From assembly GCA_038893995.1 (NCBI GenBank), contig JAWAQK010000017.1, positions 1-40,943 on the forward strand: DNA of 40,943 bases. Direction: 5' to 3'. Shown piece after piece: positions 8,560-18,789 of the stretch. The notes below the pieces were generated by a model. It ran no database searches. It was not told the DNA's origin and worked only from the letters and a program-made list of their open reading frames with translations. Each line of letters opens with the position of its first letter. Positions within the stretch are counted from its first letter, which is position 1. A program made the translations under genes and the position numbers. The DNA is from Candidatus Thorarchaeota archaeon. Its GTDB lineage: Archaea > Asgardarchaeota > Thorarchaeia > Thorarchaeales > Thorarchaeaceae.

Positions 8560-9252
8560 TCACCTGGGTCTGCGCTCGCAATCAGATTCGTGGTTAGCTA
8601 CACAATCAGTCGTCATCTTGCGGATGATCTCGTCGATCAGTGAAATAGCCTGACGTATCGATTCAATGGGTTCGCGAGAGTCACCCAGCAGGTTGATGTC
8701 CTCGATGGGCTCTATCAGCGAGCGAATCTGCTGACAGACCTGTCTGTCAAGTGAACACTCGTGCATCGTACGTTCTATCTGAGCGACGAGTCTACCTCTC
8801 AGTGCGGTCAGACGCATTCTCTCATCCTCGAGGTCCTTGAGACGTAGGTCGACACGTTCGAGCCTGGAGAGGAGCATCCGTATGTTCTCAATTCCAATGC
8901 GATCCCGCACAGATACAGCGTCCTCGTCTCCGAGTCGAATGGTGTCAGCACGCGTGAATCCCACAAAGAAAGCGTTGGGCAGTATGGTCGTGGAGAGCCC
9001 AAAGCTGACACTGAGCCCATAGTACCTCCTGTCCGGGCCGACGTCACTGGACCCTGGGTGCTGCTGGATCAGACCTGCCTCCTCCAGTGCCTCGAGGTGC
9101 TTGAGGACCACCCTTCGATTGAGGTCGAGTACCTTGCTCAGTTCGTAGGCGTATCTGGGGTTCTGTGCAATGAGCTGCAGTATTCTTCTTCTGGTCGCAT
9201 GGCCAAGTGCCTTGAAGACCTTGTCAAGCTGCTGTCGTCCTTCTTCGGCCAT
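8560..9252 (-). CDS. ArsR-family winged-HTH regulator with coiled-coil C-terminus
   Basis: FKALGHATRRRILQL...VLKHLEALEEAGLI...RRYY. GGAGGTG Shine-Dalgarno before ATG 9252. Confidence 0.88.
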   Translation of the reverse strand: MAEEGRQQLDKVFKALGHATRRRILQLIAQNPRYAYELSKVLDLNRRVVLKHLEALEEAGLIQQHPGSSDVGPDRRYYGLSVSFGLSTTILPNAFFVGFTRADTIRLGDEDAVSVRDRIGIENIRMLLSRLERVDLRLKDLEDERMRLTALRGRLVAQIERTMHECSLDRQVCQQIRSLIEPIEDINLLGDSREPIESIRQAISLIDEIIRKMTTDCVANHESDCERRPR

Positions 9253-9537
9253 ATGGTCTGACCACCTCCCTAAGTACGTCTTCTGTTCACATCGGCCAGC
9301 GTGCCTGCGCTCCCGCAACGGTACTCACACTGAACATCGCGACTACCGACAGAGTGCCGCGCAGACATGTCTAGTGAAACAAATAGTCCCTAGCTCGATA
9401 GAAAAAGACTTCGCTGTGTGCACACGAACATCTGGCTTGCTGCCCGACTGAACGACTGAGAGTCCGAATCATCAGCGCGCCCCTAAGATGTCTGGCCTGA
9501 TTGAAACCCTCACCGATTCCCGACCGCGTCCCCTATG

Positions 9538-10629
9538 CTATGTGGGGCCTCCGTCATGATTCTCGTCCTTCGCACTTCGAAACACCACAGCTGACGAAGC
9601 AGTGTCGGTTTCACCAGAGATGCCTGCATGATACAGTTCCGAAGACTTTCTCATCTTCAATGCAGTCACAGCTGTCCACCTTGCCGACCTGTCTCTTATC
9701 GGGCTGAGCTTCTTGATCTTGAACATCACGATCGCCGCGATGTCTATTGCGATTATGTTCATGACGAGCAGTCCAAGTGAACCGAAAGCAAGCGATACGA
9801 CTGATGAGAGTCCAGACACAGCTCCCATGGCAAGGCACATTCCGAAGTTCACAGCAGGAGGCATCAGAGACGCAGAGATTGCCACTCCGACCAGTGAGGA
9901 CATGTCGCCTCTCGTGATGGAGACCGCGACTGCTGCCCCTGAGAAGACAGCGATTCCTAAGTCCAGGATTATGAACCCGTTTCGCCTGGTTATCTCTGTG
10001 AGGACGCCGTTCTGCAGGTCGTGATTGACACCCTGAGGAAACTCTGGCCATGCCAGTGCCACAAGAAGTCCCAACACTGCGCCAACACCGAACGCGATCG
10101 TCAGTGCAGTCAGCTCATTCCTCGTCCCACGGATGAAGAGGCTCCTGTCCGATACCACATACCCAAATGCTACACCAAGCATTGGACCCATGAGGGGGCT
10201 CAGTAGCATGGAGGCCAGTATCACTGTGCCGTTGTCCTCGAGCAGGCCCAGGCCTGCAATTGCCCCAGCAAGAATGACAAATGCGACAAAATCGAAGCTC
10301 AACGACGCTCTTGCCTTGACCTGTTCGTAGATCTCTTCGACAGCGAGAGTTGCCTCTCTCTGTCGGACCCGTTCCTTTGATTCAACTGACTCGCGCGGAA
10401 GCGACGTCCTGAGGTCCAGGACGTCAATGAAACCATAATCTACACCGACTCCCTCAGCCTTCAGTCTCTCAATGACATCGATCACATGTTCCTCAGGAAG
10501 TCGGAACTGCAGCACATGAGCGTTGTCAGTCGTGTATCTCAAGACATTCTTGATTGCCATCTGGTCGATCAACAGATCCATTACTCTGTCAGTCTTGTCG
10601 TACGGCAACACGACCTGCATCTGTTTCAT
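9538..10629 (-). CDS. DUF389 / TIGR00341-family membrane protein
   Basis: IAGLGLL...ILASMLLSPLMGP and LVGVAISASLMPPA motifs, with a soluble N-terminal domain. Start at ATG 10629. Confidence 0.88.
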   Translation of the reverse strand: MKQMQVVLPYDKTDRVMDLLIDQMAIKNVLRYTTDNAHVLQFRLPEEHVIDVIERLKAEGVGVDYGFIDVLDLRTSLPRESVESKERVRQREATLAVEEIYEQVKARASLSFDFVAFVILAGAIAGLGLLEDNGTVILASMLLSPLMGPMLGVAFGYVVSDRSLFIRGTRNELTALTIAFGVGAVLGLLVALAWPEFPQGVNHDLQNGVLTEITRRNGFIILDLGIAVFSGAAVAVSITRGDMSSLVGVAISASLMPPAVNFGMCLAMGAVSGLSSVVSLAFGSLGLLVMNIIAIDIAAIVMFKIKKLSPIRDRSARWTAVTALKMRKSSELYHAGISGETDTASSAVVFRSAKDENHDGGPT

Positions 10630-10803
10630 CGTATCACCACTGCCAGAACGAACATCCACTGCACTCTCGAAGGTTAAAGGGTTTCCTGTGCGAATCGGCG
10701 TATTACTGCTGCCTACCTCAGACAGGTCCGGACGAATGGGCAGCACCTGTCTCTATGCCAACGCTTTTTTGGGGGCATGGTCATCATTCGGTCTGAGTGC
10801 AAG

Positions 10804-11466
10804 TTGGACGTCCTTCTGCTGCTGATCGTATGGTGGACTCTCTCCCTGACTGGAGCTCTTGCTCCAGGTCCTCTCTCTGCAGCAGTTGTCATGCAGGCCA
10901 CCAAGCGGGGGAGGCTATACGGTATGCTTCCGATGGTCGGCCACTCGCTTGTTGAGTTGGGGATAGTTGGCCTCCTGGCGTTCAGTATCTCTTCAGTGGT
11001 CCTGGATGATAGGACTGTCGCGGTGATGCAGGGTCTTGGGGGAGTTGTTGTGATCCTATTTGGAATGTTGGCCCTGAAGGACTGGCGACGTCCTCCCGAC
11101 CTCGACCACGGGCACAAGCAGCCACATCTTGTGAACAGATCCGCCGTAGTCGAGGCCACGTCCCAGGGAGTCATCGTGAGCATACTGTCACCCTATTTCA
11201 TCCTGTGGTGGTTCGCAGTAGGTGCTGGTACGGTCTCCACCCTCATGTACGAGCTGCAGGTTGGCGTTGGAACGATTCTCGTGGCAGGAGCGCTGATCTA
11301 CCTGACCCACATATCCACGGACTTCATGTTCGGAGCTGTTCTGGCAGTGACCACGGACGAGATCAACCGACGCACAGGTCGTGGAGGCGTGAACTGGCTG
11401 GTTGTGCTAGTCGGCGCGTTTCAGATCGCCCTGGGGACGTATTTCATCCTACTAGCACTGACCTGA
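10804..11466 (+). CDS. LysE-family translocator
   Basis: LTGALAPGP, GHSLVE, SPYFILWW motifs with multiple TM helices. TTG 10804 or ATG 10777 start. Confidence 0.85.
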   Translation: MDVLLLLIVWWTLSLTGALAPGPLSAAVVMQATKRGRLYGMLPMVGHSLVELGIVGLLAFSISSVVLDDRTVAVMQGLGGVVVILFGMLALKDWRRPPDLDHGHKQPHLVNRSAVVEATSQGVIVSILSPYFILWWFAVGAGTVSTLMYELQVGVGTILVAGALIYLTHISTDFMFGAVLAVTTDEINRRTGRGGVNWLVVLVGAFQIALGTYFILLALT

Positions 11467-11494
11467 TATGTGGCTGGTACGGAGACACCGTTAC

Positions 11495-12247
11495 TCACAC
11501 GAGCTCCGGTACTGCCCTGAGTACTGTCGCTGCCACTAGTGCACTGGCAACAGTCGCAAAAGTCCGCTCCGCCAACATCACGGGAAATATGAGGTATCCA
11601 AACACCTCTCCAGGGATCTGGAGGATATACACCGCACCCATAGTCATCATCGAGAAGTCTGTGATCGTACCCACGAGTGCTAACGCGATGATGATGGCCG
11701 GAGTGAGACCACCAGACGAACTCAAAGACCGACGAATGTCACTGCCTCTCAGCGCGAATATCAGCGCCACAACACCTGCACACATATATGGCAGCATGAA
11801 CCACCAGAATCCTGCATTGGGAATCATGTAGAGGATGATTATCACGAAGACGTACAGCGATGTCAGTAGGGGTCCGTAGGCGTAGTGGCCCCGAGCATCA
11901 GTCACCGCCCTCACACAGAGTCCCGTCAGCAGTCCTGAGATGGCAGGCCCGAAGATGATGGTCGGGACGACAAGACTCAGACCTCCTATGAGGGTCGCTC
12001 TCAGGATGCCAGCGACCAGCCCGAATGCCGCACCGCGCCAGGGCCCAAGGAGTATGCCAAAGAGCGGTGCAATGGCAATCGATAGCGTGATGTTTGCCAA
12101 GACTGTGGAGCCAATGAAGAGACTGATAGGGAAGAGCTCTGCTACAACGAAGACTGAAGCCAGGATCGCACCGACTGCAACAGCAACAGTGGGCGACTTA
12201 CGATCGAACAGTACCAGTTCATCACTCCGGGTGGAATCTCTCTCCAT
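11495..12247 (-). CDS. Membrane protein resembling an ECF transporter S component
   Basis: APLFGILLGPWRGAAFGLVAG signature and about 7 hydrophobic segments. GGGGTGA Shine-Dalgarno before ATG 12247. Confidence 0.6.
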   Translation of the reverse strand: MERDSTRSDELVLFDRKSPTVAVAVGAILASVFVVAELFPISLFIGSTVLANITLSIAIAPLFGILLGPWRGAAFGLVAGILRATLIGGLSLVVPTIIFGPAISGLLTGLCVRAVTDARGHYAYGPLLTSLYVFVIIILYMIPNAGFWWFMLPYMCAGVVALIFALRGSDIRRSLSSSGGLTPAIIIALALVGTITDFSMMTMGAVYILQIPGEVFGYLIFPVMLAERTFATVASALVAATVLRAVPELV

Positions 12248-12402
12248 CTCATCACCCCGGTGGGGAGTCTGCAGGGACAGCTGGAATGCATTAGTAAACC
12301 TATCTGCTCGTACTCGCGTGAAGCTCACTCCAGCCTGTATTGCGGTACTGGGGTTCTGTGTGTGACCTGGCGACAGTCCGCGGGTCATCCTGGCATCCAG
12401 GA

Positions 12403-13431
12403 TCACTCTGGGTAAAAGTCCCACATATGAGTGAAATCCCAGTTGCTTCCGACTATTCTCTGGTTCTCAGGCAGGTCCACAAACACCTTGCCATCGAATG
12501 GATAGAACCTCATGTTGTTTCTGTCGTCACGGACAAGCAGATCGGGCCTACCTGGCGTGCGATAGTGACCAACCAGATATGTCCACTTGTCCTTGAACCC
12601 ACGTCCGACGACGGGATAGGGAGGGTCCTCAAAGCCTGGCTCACCATCCTTCTGGATTTTTCCGTACCTGTACAGTATCAGCTCACCGTTCTTCTTCCTC
12701 ACGATGAGGTCTGGAGAACTCTTTCCTGTCCAACTGTCTGCCCAGAAGTCCAGGAAGCTCTTGTCGAAACCGGCGCCAATCTTCCTAGGTTTGTCCTTCA
12801 CCTTGAAGGTCTTGCCATCGAACCTGTAGAGGATGAGGTCTCCGTCCTTCTCTCTGGCCAGCAGGTCCGGTATGCTGTCTGTTGTCCAGTAGCCGGGGAT
12901 CAGATGTGTGAAGCGCTCTCTATCAAACCCCTCACCAACTCTCTCCTCCTTCCCCAGGTCTGAGAACTTCGTCCCGTCCCAGGGAAACAGTCTGAGTCGT
13001 CCTTCATCGTTTCGTACCAGTAGGTCAGACATGCCTCTCGCAGTCCACTCAGCCACTAGGTAGTCCCAGTTCTCAGAGAAGCCCTTTCCGACCGTACGAC
13101 CTGCGTTCTGGACCATGAACGTACCACCCACCAGGGGATAGTACTTCAGGTCACCATCCTTCTCCAGGACCACGAGCGAGTTGCCCCCTCCGATCCTCCT
13201 GGGTCCAGGCCGGGCGCTCTTGATCCAGTACCCAGGCAGGTACTTTACGAATTTGAAGCCGGTACCTATCTTGAAGCCCGTATCGGGCTGACCATGTTCT
13301 TTTGAGGGATAGAATGTGTAGTGAGTACCCCGGTCGAAGAATGGGTACCATCTCAGCTCACCGTTACTTCTCCTGACGACTAGACCAGGCACTGAGCCTC
13401 TCACCTGCCTCTGACCTCTATTCTTGTGCAT
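12403..13431 (-). CDS. Beta-propeller repeat protein (FG-GAP/VCBS- or tachylectin-like repeats)
   Basis: About six repeats of W-T-x3-(P/S)DLLVR-x2-G-x-L-x2-Y-x-FDG...(V/I)G-x-GF. Confidence 0.75.
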   Translation of the reverse strand: MHKNRGQRQVRGSVPGLVVRRSNGELRWYPFFDRGTHYTFYPSKEHGQPDTGFKIGTGFKFVKYLPGYWIKSARPGPRRIGGGNSLVVLEKDGDLKYYPLVGGTFMVQNAGRTVGKGFSENWDYLVAEWTARGMSDLLVRNDEGRLRLFPWDGTKFSDLGKEERVGEGFDRERFTHLIPGYWTTDSIPDLLAREKDGDLILYRFDGKTFKVKDKPRKIGAGFDKSFLDFWADSWTGKSSPDLIVRKKNGELILYRYGKIQKDGEPGFEDPPYPVVGRGFKDKWTYLVGHYRTPGRPDLLVRDDRNNMRFYPFDGKVFVDLPENQRIVGSNWDFTHMWDFYPE

Positions 13432-13520
13432 ATCTTCTTTCCTACGCCAGACTCTTCGTTTCAACGGAAACTGTTTTTAATCGGACATCAGCCTCTCACT
13501 CGACTCCGGAGGTATATCTT

Positions 13521-14834
13521 GTGGGCGATACTGAGAAGTTTGACATCATTGTCGTCGGAGCTGGAATTGTGGGGGTGGCCTCGGCCTACTACCTGCAGAA
13601 GAACAATCCGGACAGGAGAATCCTCCTTCTCGACAGGCTTCCCGCCGCGGGACAGGGAAACACAGCCATGAGTGCAGCTGCTGTCCGGAACATGTTCGCA
13701 TCCTCAACGAACCAGCTTCTCACGGATACAAGCATCCGATTCATTCGACACGTCCAGGAGGAACTGGGTTTTGAACTCCTATGGGAGAACATAGGCTACC
13801 TCTGGCTGCTGGGAAAGGACCAGTTCGAGAGTCCCAGCGTGAAGTTGTGGATGGACCGGATGTCCGCATCCGGGATACATTACCGGGTCTACAACCGAGA
13901 ACAGCTCAAGGAGATGATTCCCGGCCTGAATACCGACTTCTCATCCGACGACGCGGCCCAGCTGATGAACCTCAGGGAGGTCAGTCATGGCCTCTTCGGC
14001 GGTGACTGCGGAGTAGTGGACCCGACCCGTCTCGTGGACTTCTATCACTCAGAGTTTGTGAAGATGTCCTCGGTCAGGCCCAGATTCGGTGTGAATGTCA
14101 GGCGACTGATCCTTGAGGCAGATCCCAAGCTCGATCTTCCTGGAGAGCCCCTCGTATGGCAGAACAAGAAGATCGTTGGAGTGTCAACCGGAAACGAAGA
14201 GATACGGGCAGACACTGTGGTGCTCGCGACAGACGCCTGGGCCAACGAGCTACTGGACCCGATAGGCATTGATAGCCAGACCAAGGCGAAGAAACGTCAG
14301 ATGTTTGTGATCCATGCCAAGAAGAAGGAATTGGAGGAGCTGCTCTACTCCAGAGGTTTCAACGAGAAGGGATGCATTCCGTTCACGATACTCCCATCTG
14401 CTGGAGCCTACTTCAGACCCCAGCTGCAGGAGAAGGGTTTCTGGGTCGGATGTGCTGACAAATTGGGTCGGGCATATCACTACGTTCAGACAGACGATTT
14501 CCTCACCGGTGAGAGCGCCTACTACGAGAACAGTATCTATCCCGTGGTCTCCAAGTACTTCCCGGCGTTCGAGGACGTCAGGCCCAGTGGTAGCTGGGGC
14601 GGCGGGTACTGCTACAGCCCAGATGCAATACCGCTCGTCTACAAGGAGCCTGGACTCATAGTCGCGAACGGGACAAGCGGTTCAGGCATAATGAAGGCAG
14701 ATGCCATCGCACGGATAGTCGATGCGCTGTACCGGGGGCTTCCTGAGGCTGAGCTCTTCGGTGGCAAGAAGATGCCCTCTAACGCCCTCTCGATCAAGGA
14801 CAGAAAGGTCGAGGTTGAGAGTGTCGTGATCTAG
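13521..14834 (+). CDS. FAD-dependent oxidoreductase, DAO / sarcosine oxidase beta-like family
   Basis: DIIVVGAGIVG, GNTAMSAAAVR, WGGGYCYSPDAIP, GTSGSGIM. Confidence 0.88.
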   Translation: MGDTEKFDIIVVGAGIVGVASAYYLQKNNPDRRILLLDRLPAAGQGNTAMSAAAVRNMFASSTNQLLTDTSIRFIRHVQEELGFELLWENIGYLWLLGKDQFESPSVKLWMDRMSASGIHYRVYNREQLKEMIPGLNTDFSSDDAAQLMNLREVSHGLFGGDCGVVDPTRLVDFYHSEFVKMSSVRPRFGVNVRRLILEADPKLDLPGEPLVWQNKKIVGVSTGNEEIRADTVVLATDAWANELLDPIGIDSQTKAKKRQMFVIHAKKKELEELLYSRGFNEKGCIPFTILPSAGAYFRPQLQEKGFWVGCADKLGRAYHYVQTDDFLTGESAYYENSIYPVVSKYFPAFEDVRPSGSWGGGYCYSPDAIPLVYKEPGLIVANGTSGSGIMKADAIARIVDALYRGLPEAELFGGKKMPSNALSIKDRKVEVESVVI

Positions 14835-15036
14835 CCTCGGGCATGTGCGACCCGGGAAGTCTGGTCAGTGCTGGCTCAACAGTCGGGCGGATGCCTGTCA
14901 GCTCTGTGCTGCCATGAATAGGTCTAAGAATGTGAGCTGGTCTGTGAGCGTCGTGGGACCGCATTCCTCTGGTGACCAGCTTGACTAAGATAGTCATGTC
15001 CCCGGGCAATATTCAGAAGCAGGAGATCTACTACTC

Positions 15037-16311
15037 ATGCCTGATGAATGTGACATATCGATCATTGGCGGAGGCCCCGCAGGTCTGACAGCTGCGTACT
15101 ACGCTGCAAGGGCTGGCATGGACGTAATCCTCTTTGAGCGTCGGCCGTCACCCGGACAGGAGAGTCACCCGTGCGGCGGCATGGTGGCGCCCATACCAGG
15201 GTTTGTGACACTCGAGTCGTCTGAGCGGGGGGGGGGTGTCCTGTTCAGTGAGGTTGACTTCCGCTTCGGAAGAGAGATGATCCTCGCCCACCCATATCGG
15301 ATGGAGTTCGTTTCTCCGGATGGCACTACTCTTGGAATGCGGATAACGGACCGACGGCTGCGTGATGTTGTCTTCCAGATTGACAAGAGACGTGTACTCT
15401 CGGCACTGGCTGACCGTGCAATTGCCGCAGGCGCTACACTCCGTTACAGTACTAATGTGACAGGGCTTGTAAGGGATGGCGCGAGAATCAGGGGAGTGAA
15501 GACGGGTAGTGAACAGGTCAATTCGAAGATGGTCATCGCTGCAGAGGGCATGTCGCGAAAGTTTGCAACTGCTGCAGGACTCTGTTCAGGGTCCCCAGAG
15601 GGCTACGTGTACATTCTTGCCCGCTACTTCAGGGGCCTGGATTTCAGCGATGACGAGCTCATGCAGAAGGGGACACTCGGGACCGCTGTTCCCTCCCTGC
15701 CAAGTACGACCGGCACAATGCACACTATCGGGCACGACCAGGCGATGGTGATGCTGGCCCTGACGACCCAGCAGAGACTGTGGCCTGTTTCTGAGTCGAT
15801 CAGCCATTATCTCGACGAGTACATCGCCAGTACCCCCTGGCTTCAGTCGATCGTGAGTCCTGGTGAGCAGTATCGTCAGTCAGGATGTCTGATGGTGCTG
15901 CATAGGCCTGCTGCACTTGCAACCAAAGGCCTCATAGCGGCTGGCGACTGTGTGGCACCACTAGGCCATTCCTCCAACTGCATCGCTATGCTCATGGGCA
16001 GGGAGGCAGGATTGACGGCTGCAGCTGCGGTGAGGTCACCTGACATGGAGTCCGAACTGATTCAGCGATATCAGCATCTATTCACAGGAGGCGACGTGTT
16101 CAAGGGCGTCGAGTTCGAGGCGCGGCTGATGCTGAGGATGTTGGAGATGACCGATGCGGAACTGAACGAAGTTGCTGCCTGCCTCAGAAACACGAATCTC
16201 GAGCCGTTCTTCCTGGGCCCAAAGCGACAGATGACACTGGCTGCGCTCAGACTCATGTTCAGGCCTCGTGTGCTGAGGAACTGGAGGACGATCAGACGAC
16301 TGTTCGCATGA
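15037..16311 (+). CDS. Geranylgeranyl-reductase/FixC-like flavoprotein
   Basis: IIGGGPAG, HPCGG, VIAAEG and AAGDC motifs. The canonical YxWxFP motif is absent. Confidence 0.8.
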   Translation: MPDECDISIIGGGPAGLTAAYYAARAGMDVILFERRPSPGQESHPCGGMVAPIPGFVTLESSERGGGVLFSEVDFRFGREMILAHPYRMEFVSPDGTTLGMRITDRRLRDVVFQIDKRRVLSALADRAIAAGATLRYSTNVTGLVRDGARIRGVKTGSEQVNSKMVIAAEGMSRKFATAAGLCSGSPEGYVYILARYFRGLDFSDDELMQKGTLGTAVPSLPSTTGTMHTIGHDQAMVMLALTTQQRLWPVSESISHYLDEYIASTPWLQSIVSPGEQYRQSGCLMVLHRPAALATKGLIAAGDCVAPLGHSSNCIAMLMGREAGLTAAAAVRSPDMESELIQRYQHLFTGGDVFKGVEFEARLMLRMLEMTDAELNEVAACLRNTNLEPFFLGPKRQMTLAALRLMFRPRVLRNWRTIRRLFA

Positions 16312-16420
16312 ATTGAACTCGATCGGAGCCCCATCACACTTCCAGGGCCTGCTGGTGGAGCCTGACAGCCTCTTGGTCATTGAAAATACTTTATCTCCAT
16401 GGAGGCCCCCGTCAGACCCC

Positions 16421-17386
16421 ATGAGGATCGCGACGCTCACCAGCGGTGGGGACGCACCCGGCATGAACGCCGTGGTACGAGCAATAGTGCGAATAGGGTG
16501 CAGCCGTGACCAGTGTGTCCTGGGAATACGTGGAGGCTTCGAGGGGATCTTCAACAGGGAGTTTGTGGAGATGTTTCCACGTTCTGTGGCCAGGATAGTC
16601 CACCGAGGCGGAACGATTCTCACTACTGGTCGGTCTGACCGGTTCAAGACCGAAAATGGCCTGAAGATGGCCGCGTCAATCCTAGATGACGAGAAGATTG
16701 ATGGTCTGGTGGCGATTGGCGGAGATGGAACAATGAGAGGGCTTCATGAGCTCCAGAAATACTGGTCAGGACAGGTCATTGGAATTCCCGCCTCCATCGA
16801 CAATGACATCTACGGAACGGACTTCTCGATTGGTTTTGATACCGCTGTCAACTCGGCATTGGAGGCCATCGACAAGATACGTGACACAGCAGAGTCATTT
16901 GCGAGAGTGTTTCTGATAGAGGTCATGGGCAGATCATCTGGGGCCATAGCACTCCATGTCGGAATAGCATGTGGCGCGTCCGCAATAATCATTCCAGAGA
17001 CGCCGACGGACCTTCAAGCATTGGCCGACAAACTACTGAGAGACAGGAGGGCCGGACGCTCCAGTTCAATAGTGATTGTCGCCGAGGGGGACGAGCTGGG
17101 AAATGCGGAGAAGATTGGGGAACAGCTATCCGGCATGATCGGGGAGAGGTGCAGGGTGTCGGTCCTTGGGTATATCCAGAGAGGAGGAAACCCGTCGCAC
17201 TACGACCGGATCCTTGGCACCAGACTCGGCATCAGGGCCGTTGAGTGTATGCTCGGTGGGGTCACAGGAGTGATGCTAGGCGAGGTCCGAGGAGATGTCG
17301 TGGAGACCCCGCTACAAGATGTGTTCACCAAGAAGAAGCAGCTCGAGCAATGGATGCTCGATGTGATTGGCGAGCTGTCTACGTGA
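16421..17386 (+). CDS. pfkA: ATP-dependent 6-phosphofructokinase (PfkA family)
   Basis: TSGGDAPGMN, GGTIL, IGGDGT, PASIDND, EVMGR, VAEG, LGYIQRGG. Start at ATG 16421. Confidence 0.95.
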   Translation: MRIATLTSGGDAPGMNAVVRAIVRIGCSRDQCVLGIRGGFEGIFNREFVEMFPRSVARIVHRGGTILTTGRSDRFKTENGLKMAASILDDEKIDGLVAIGGDGTMRGLHELQKYWSGQVIGIPASIDNDIYGTDFSIGFDTAVNSALEAIDKIRDTAESFARVFLIEVMGRSSGAIALHVGIACGASAIIIPETPTDLQALADKLLRDRRAGRSSSIVIVAEGDELGNAEKIGEQLSGMIGERCRVSVLGYIQRGGNPSHYDRILGTRLGIRAVECMLGGVTGVMLGEVRGDVVETPLQDVFTKKKQLEQWMLDVIGELST

Positions 17387-17437
17387 AGTCTGGGGGCTTA
17401 TATACGCCCGGACCTACATGATATGGTGTGACTTGTC

Positions 17438-17905
17438 GTGAGCATCCAGACTCGACTGACAGACTTTGATGAGTCAGGGTCCCTGAAGATGCCCGAGAAG
17501 CGTCTGAGGAACAGAGCAGACACCGGACAGATCTGGAAAAAGACCATCACTGAGAGGCCCAAGTGGGGTGTATGTGACCTCGATGGTACCGTCATTTTTG
17601 TCCAGTTGGTCGATGGTCGAGTGTTCACGCACGGATTCGAGGCCGTATGTAGATGGTGCGGTGGTCCATTGGAGCTCCGAGAGGACAAGGTCTTCTGCGC
17701 GGGGGTCTGTGGTCACTATCAGGGTAGTTTCTCCCCGGATCTTGACGATTTTCTACGCTGGAACGGTGTCCTATCATTCACGCTGAGGAGAGAGGTTGCG
17801 AGAGTTGAGGGACTTCATCTGGAGGCCAGGGACCTTGAACCTATCAGCTATGTTCCCCAGTGGAGTGTGTTTGATGATCTGTTGGAGGAAGAGTCCAACG
17901 AATAG
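17438..17905 (+). CDS. Hypothetical zinc-ribbon protein
   Basis: CRWCGG...FCAGVCGHYQG, acidic C-terminus, TTATATA element at about 17398 upstream. Confidence 0.7.
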   Translation: MSIQTRLTDFDESGSLKMPEKRLRNRADTGQIWKKTITERPKWGVCDLDGTVIFVQLVDGRVFTHGFEAVCRWCGGPLELREDKVFCAGVCGHYQGSFSPDLDDFLRWNGVLSFTLRREVARVEGLHLEARDLEPISYVPQWSVFDDLLEEESNE

Positions 17906-17913
17906 TCGGGGCT

Positions 17914-18789
17914 CTACAACTCTCTCTCGAATAGAAGAAAGGAGCGGTCCAAGTACTCCTCCATGATATACCCCAGGCCCCTCGACCAATCTCTGAGCCG
18001 TGGCCCCACAAAGAAGACAGCGTCGTTCATTCCAGAAGCCCCAAAGTCAGTCATGCAGCGGGCCATCACGTCAACGAAGATCGACCTGTCATTGGCAAAG
18101 ACGTGGTAAGTAGCACGTCTTCGGTCTCCGTCCATCACATACTTCTGGTAGTATAGGGCGGTCATCCGACCCTCGTCGGATATCACCACATTGAACTGAG
18201 TGTCCCTGCCGATGCGAAGAAGCCCGTCGACCGTCTTGAGGTCAAACCTCCAGGCAAACGGTATCCGTTCAACATCGACGACGTCGGGCGCCTCCCCAAT
18301 GAGGTCTGACAGTCTGCCCGCGTCCACGACCAGGGGTACTACTGAGGGGCTCGGCCTCGGATATGTACGTGGAATGCAGTCCACTCTCAGGTGACCCACC
18401 TCTGTCACTAGTCTGAAACCCGACTTCCTGGCAACAGCCATCGACTCTCTGTTCATGCTGCCGGTTGCATACCACAGAGTGCTCACTCCCTTCTCTTGAG
18501 CAACATCACAGGCATGACCGACTATGTGAGTGGCAAGGCCGCGATTTCGATATCCCTCCCTGACACGGAGACCCTCCAACCATCCGATTGATGTTCCCTC
18601 CAGCCTCTCGAGCGTGACAATGGCAACCAGTAGGTCTGACTCAAAGAGACCGAAGATGTCAAAGAGAGGGTCCGCAACCCACGACTCGAAGACCATGGGG
18701 ACGTAATCGTGTCCCTCCCAGATAGTGGAACAGAGGTCACTGACCTGTGCATAGTCCTCAGATCGTAGCTTCCGAAGCATGGGTGACAC
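17914..18789 (-). CDS. GNAT-family N-acetyltransferase
   Basis: WLEGLRVREGYRNRGLA acetyl-CoA motif and NRESMAVARKSGF. Confidence 0.88.
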   Translation of the reverse strand: MSPMLRKLRSEDYAQVSDLCSTIWEGHDYVPMVFESWVADPLFDIFGLFESDLLVAIVTLERLEGTSIGWLEGLRVREGYRNRGLATHIVGHACDVAQEKGVSTLWYATGSMNRESMAVARKSGFRLVTEVGHLRVDCIPRTYPRPSPSVVPLVVDAGRLSDLIGEAPDVVDVERIPFAWRFDLKTVDGLLRIGRDTQFNVVISDEGRMTALYYQKYVMDGDRRRATYHVFANDRSIFVDVMARCMTDFGASGMNDAVFFVGPRLRDWSRGLGYIMEEYLDRSFLLFEREL

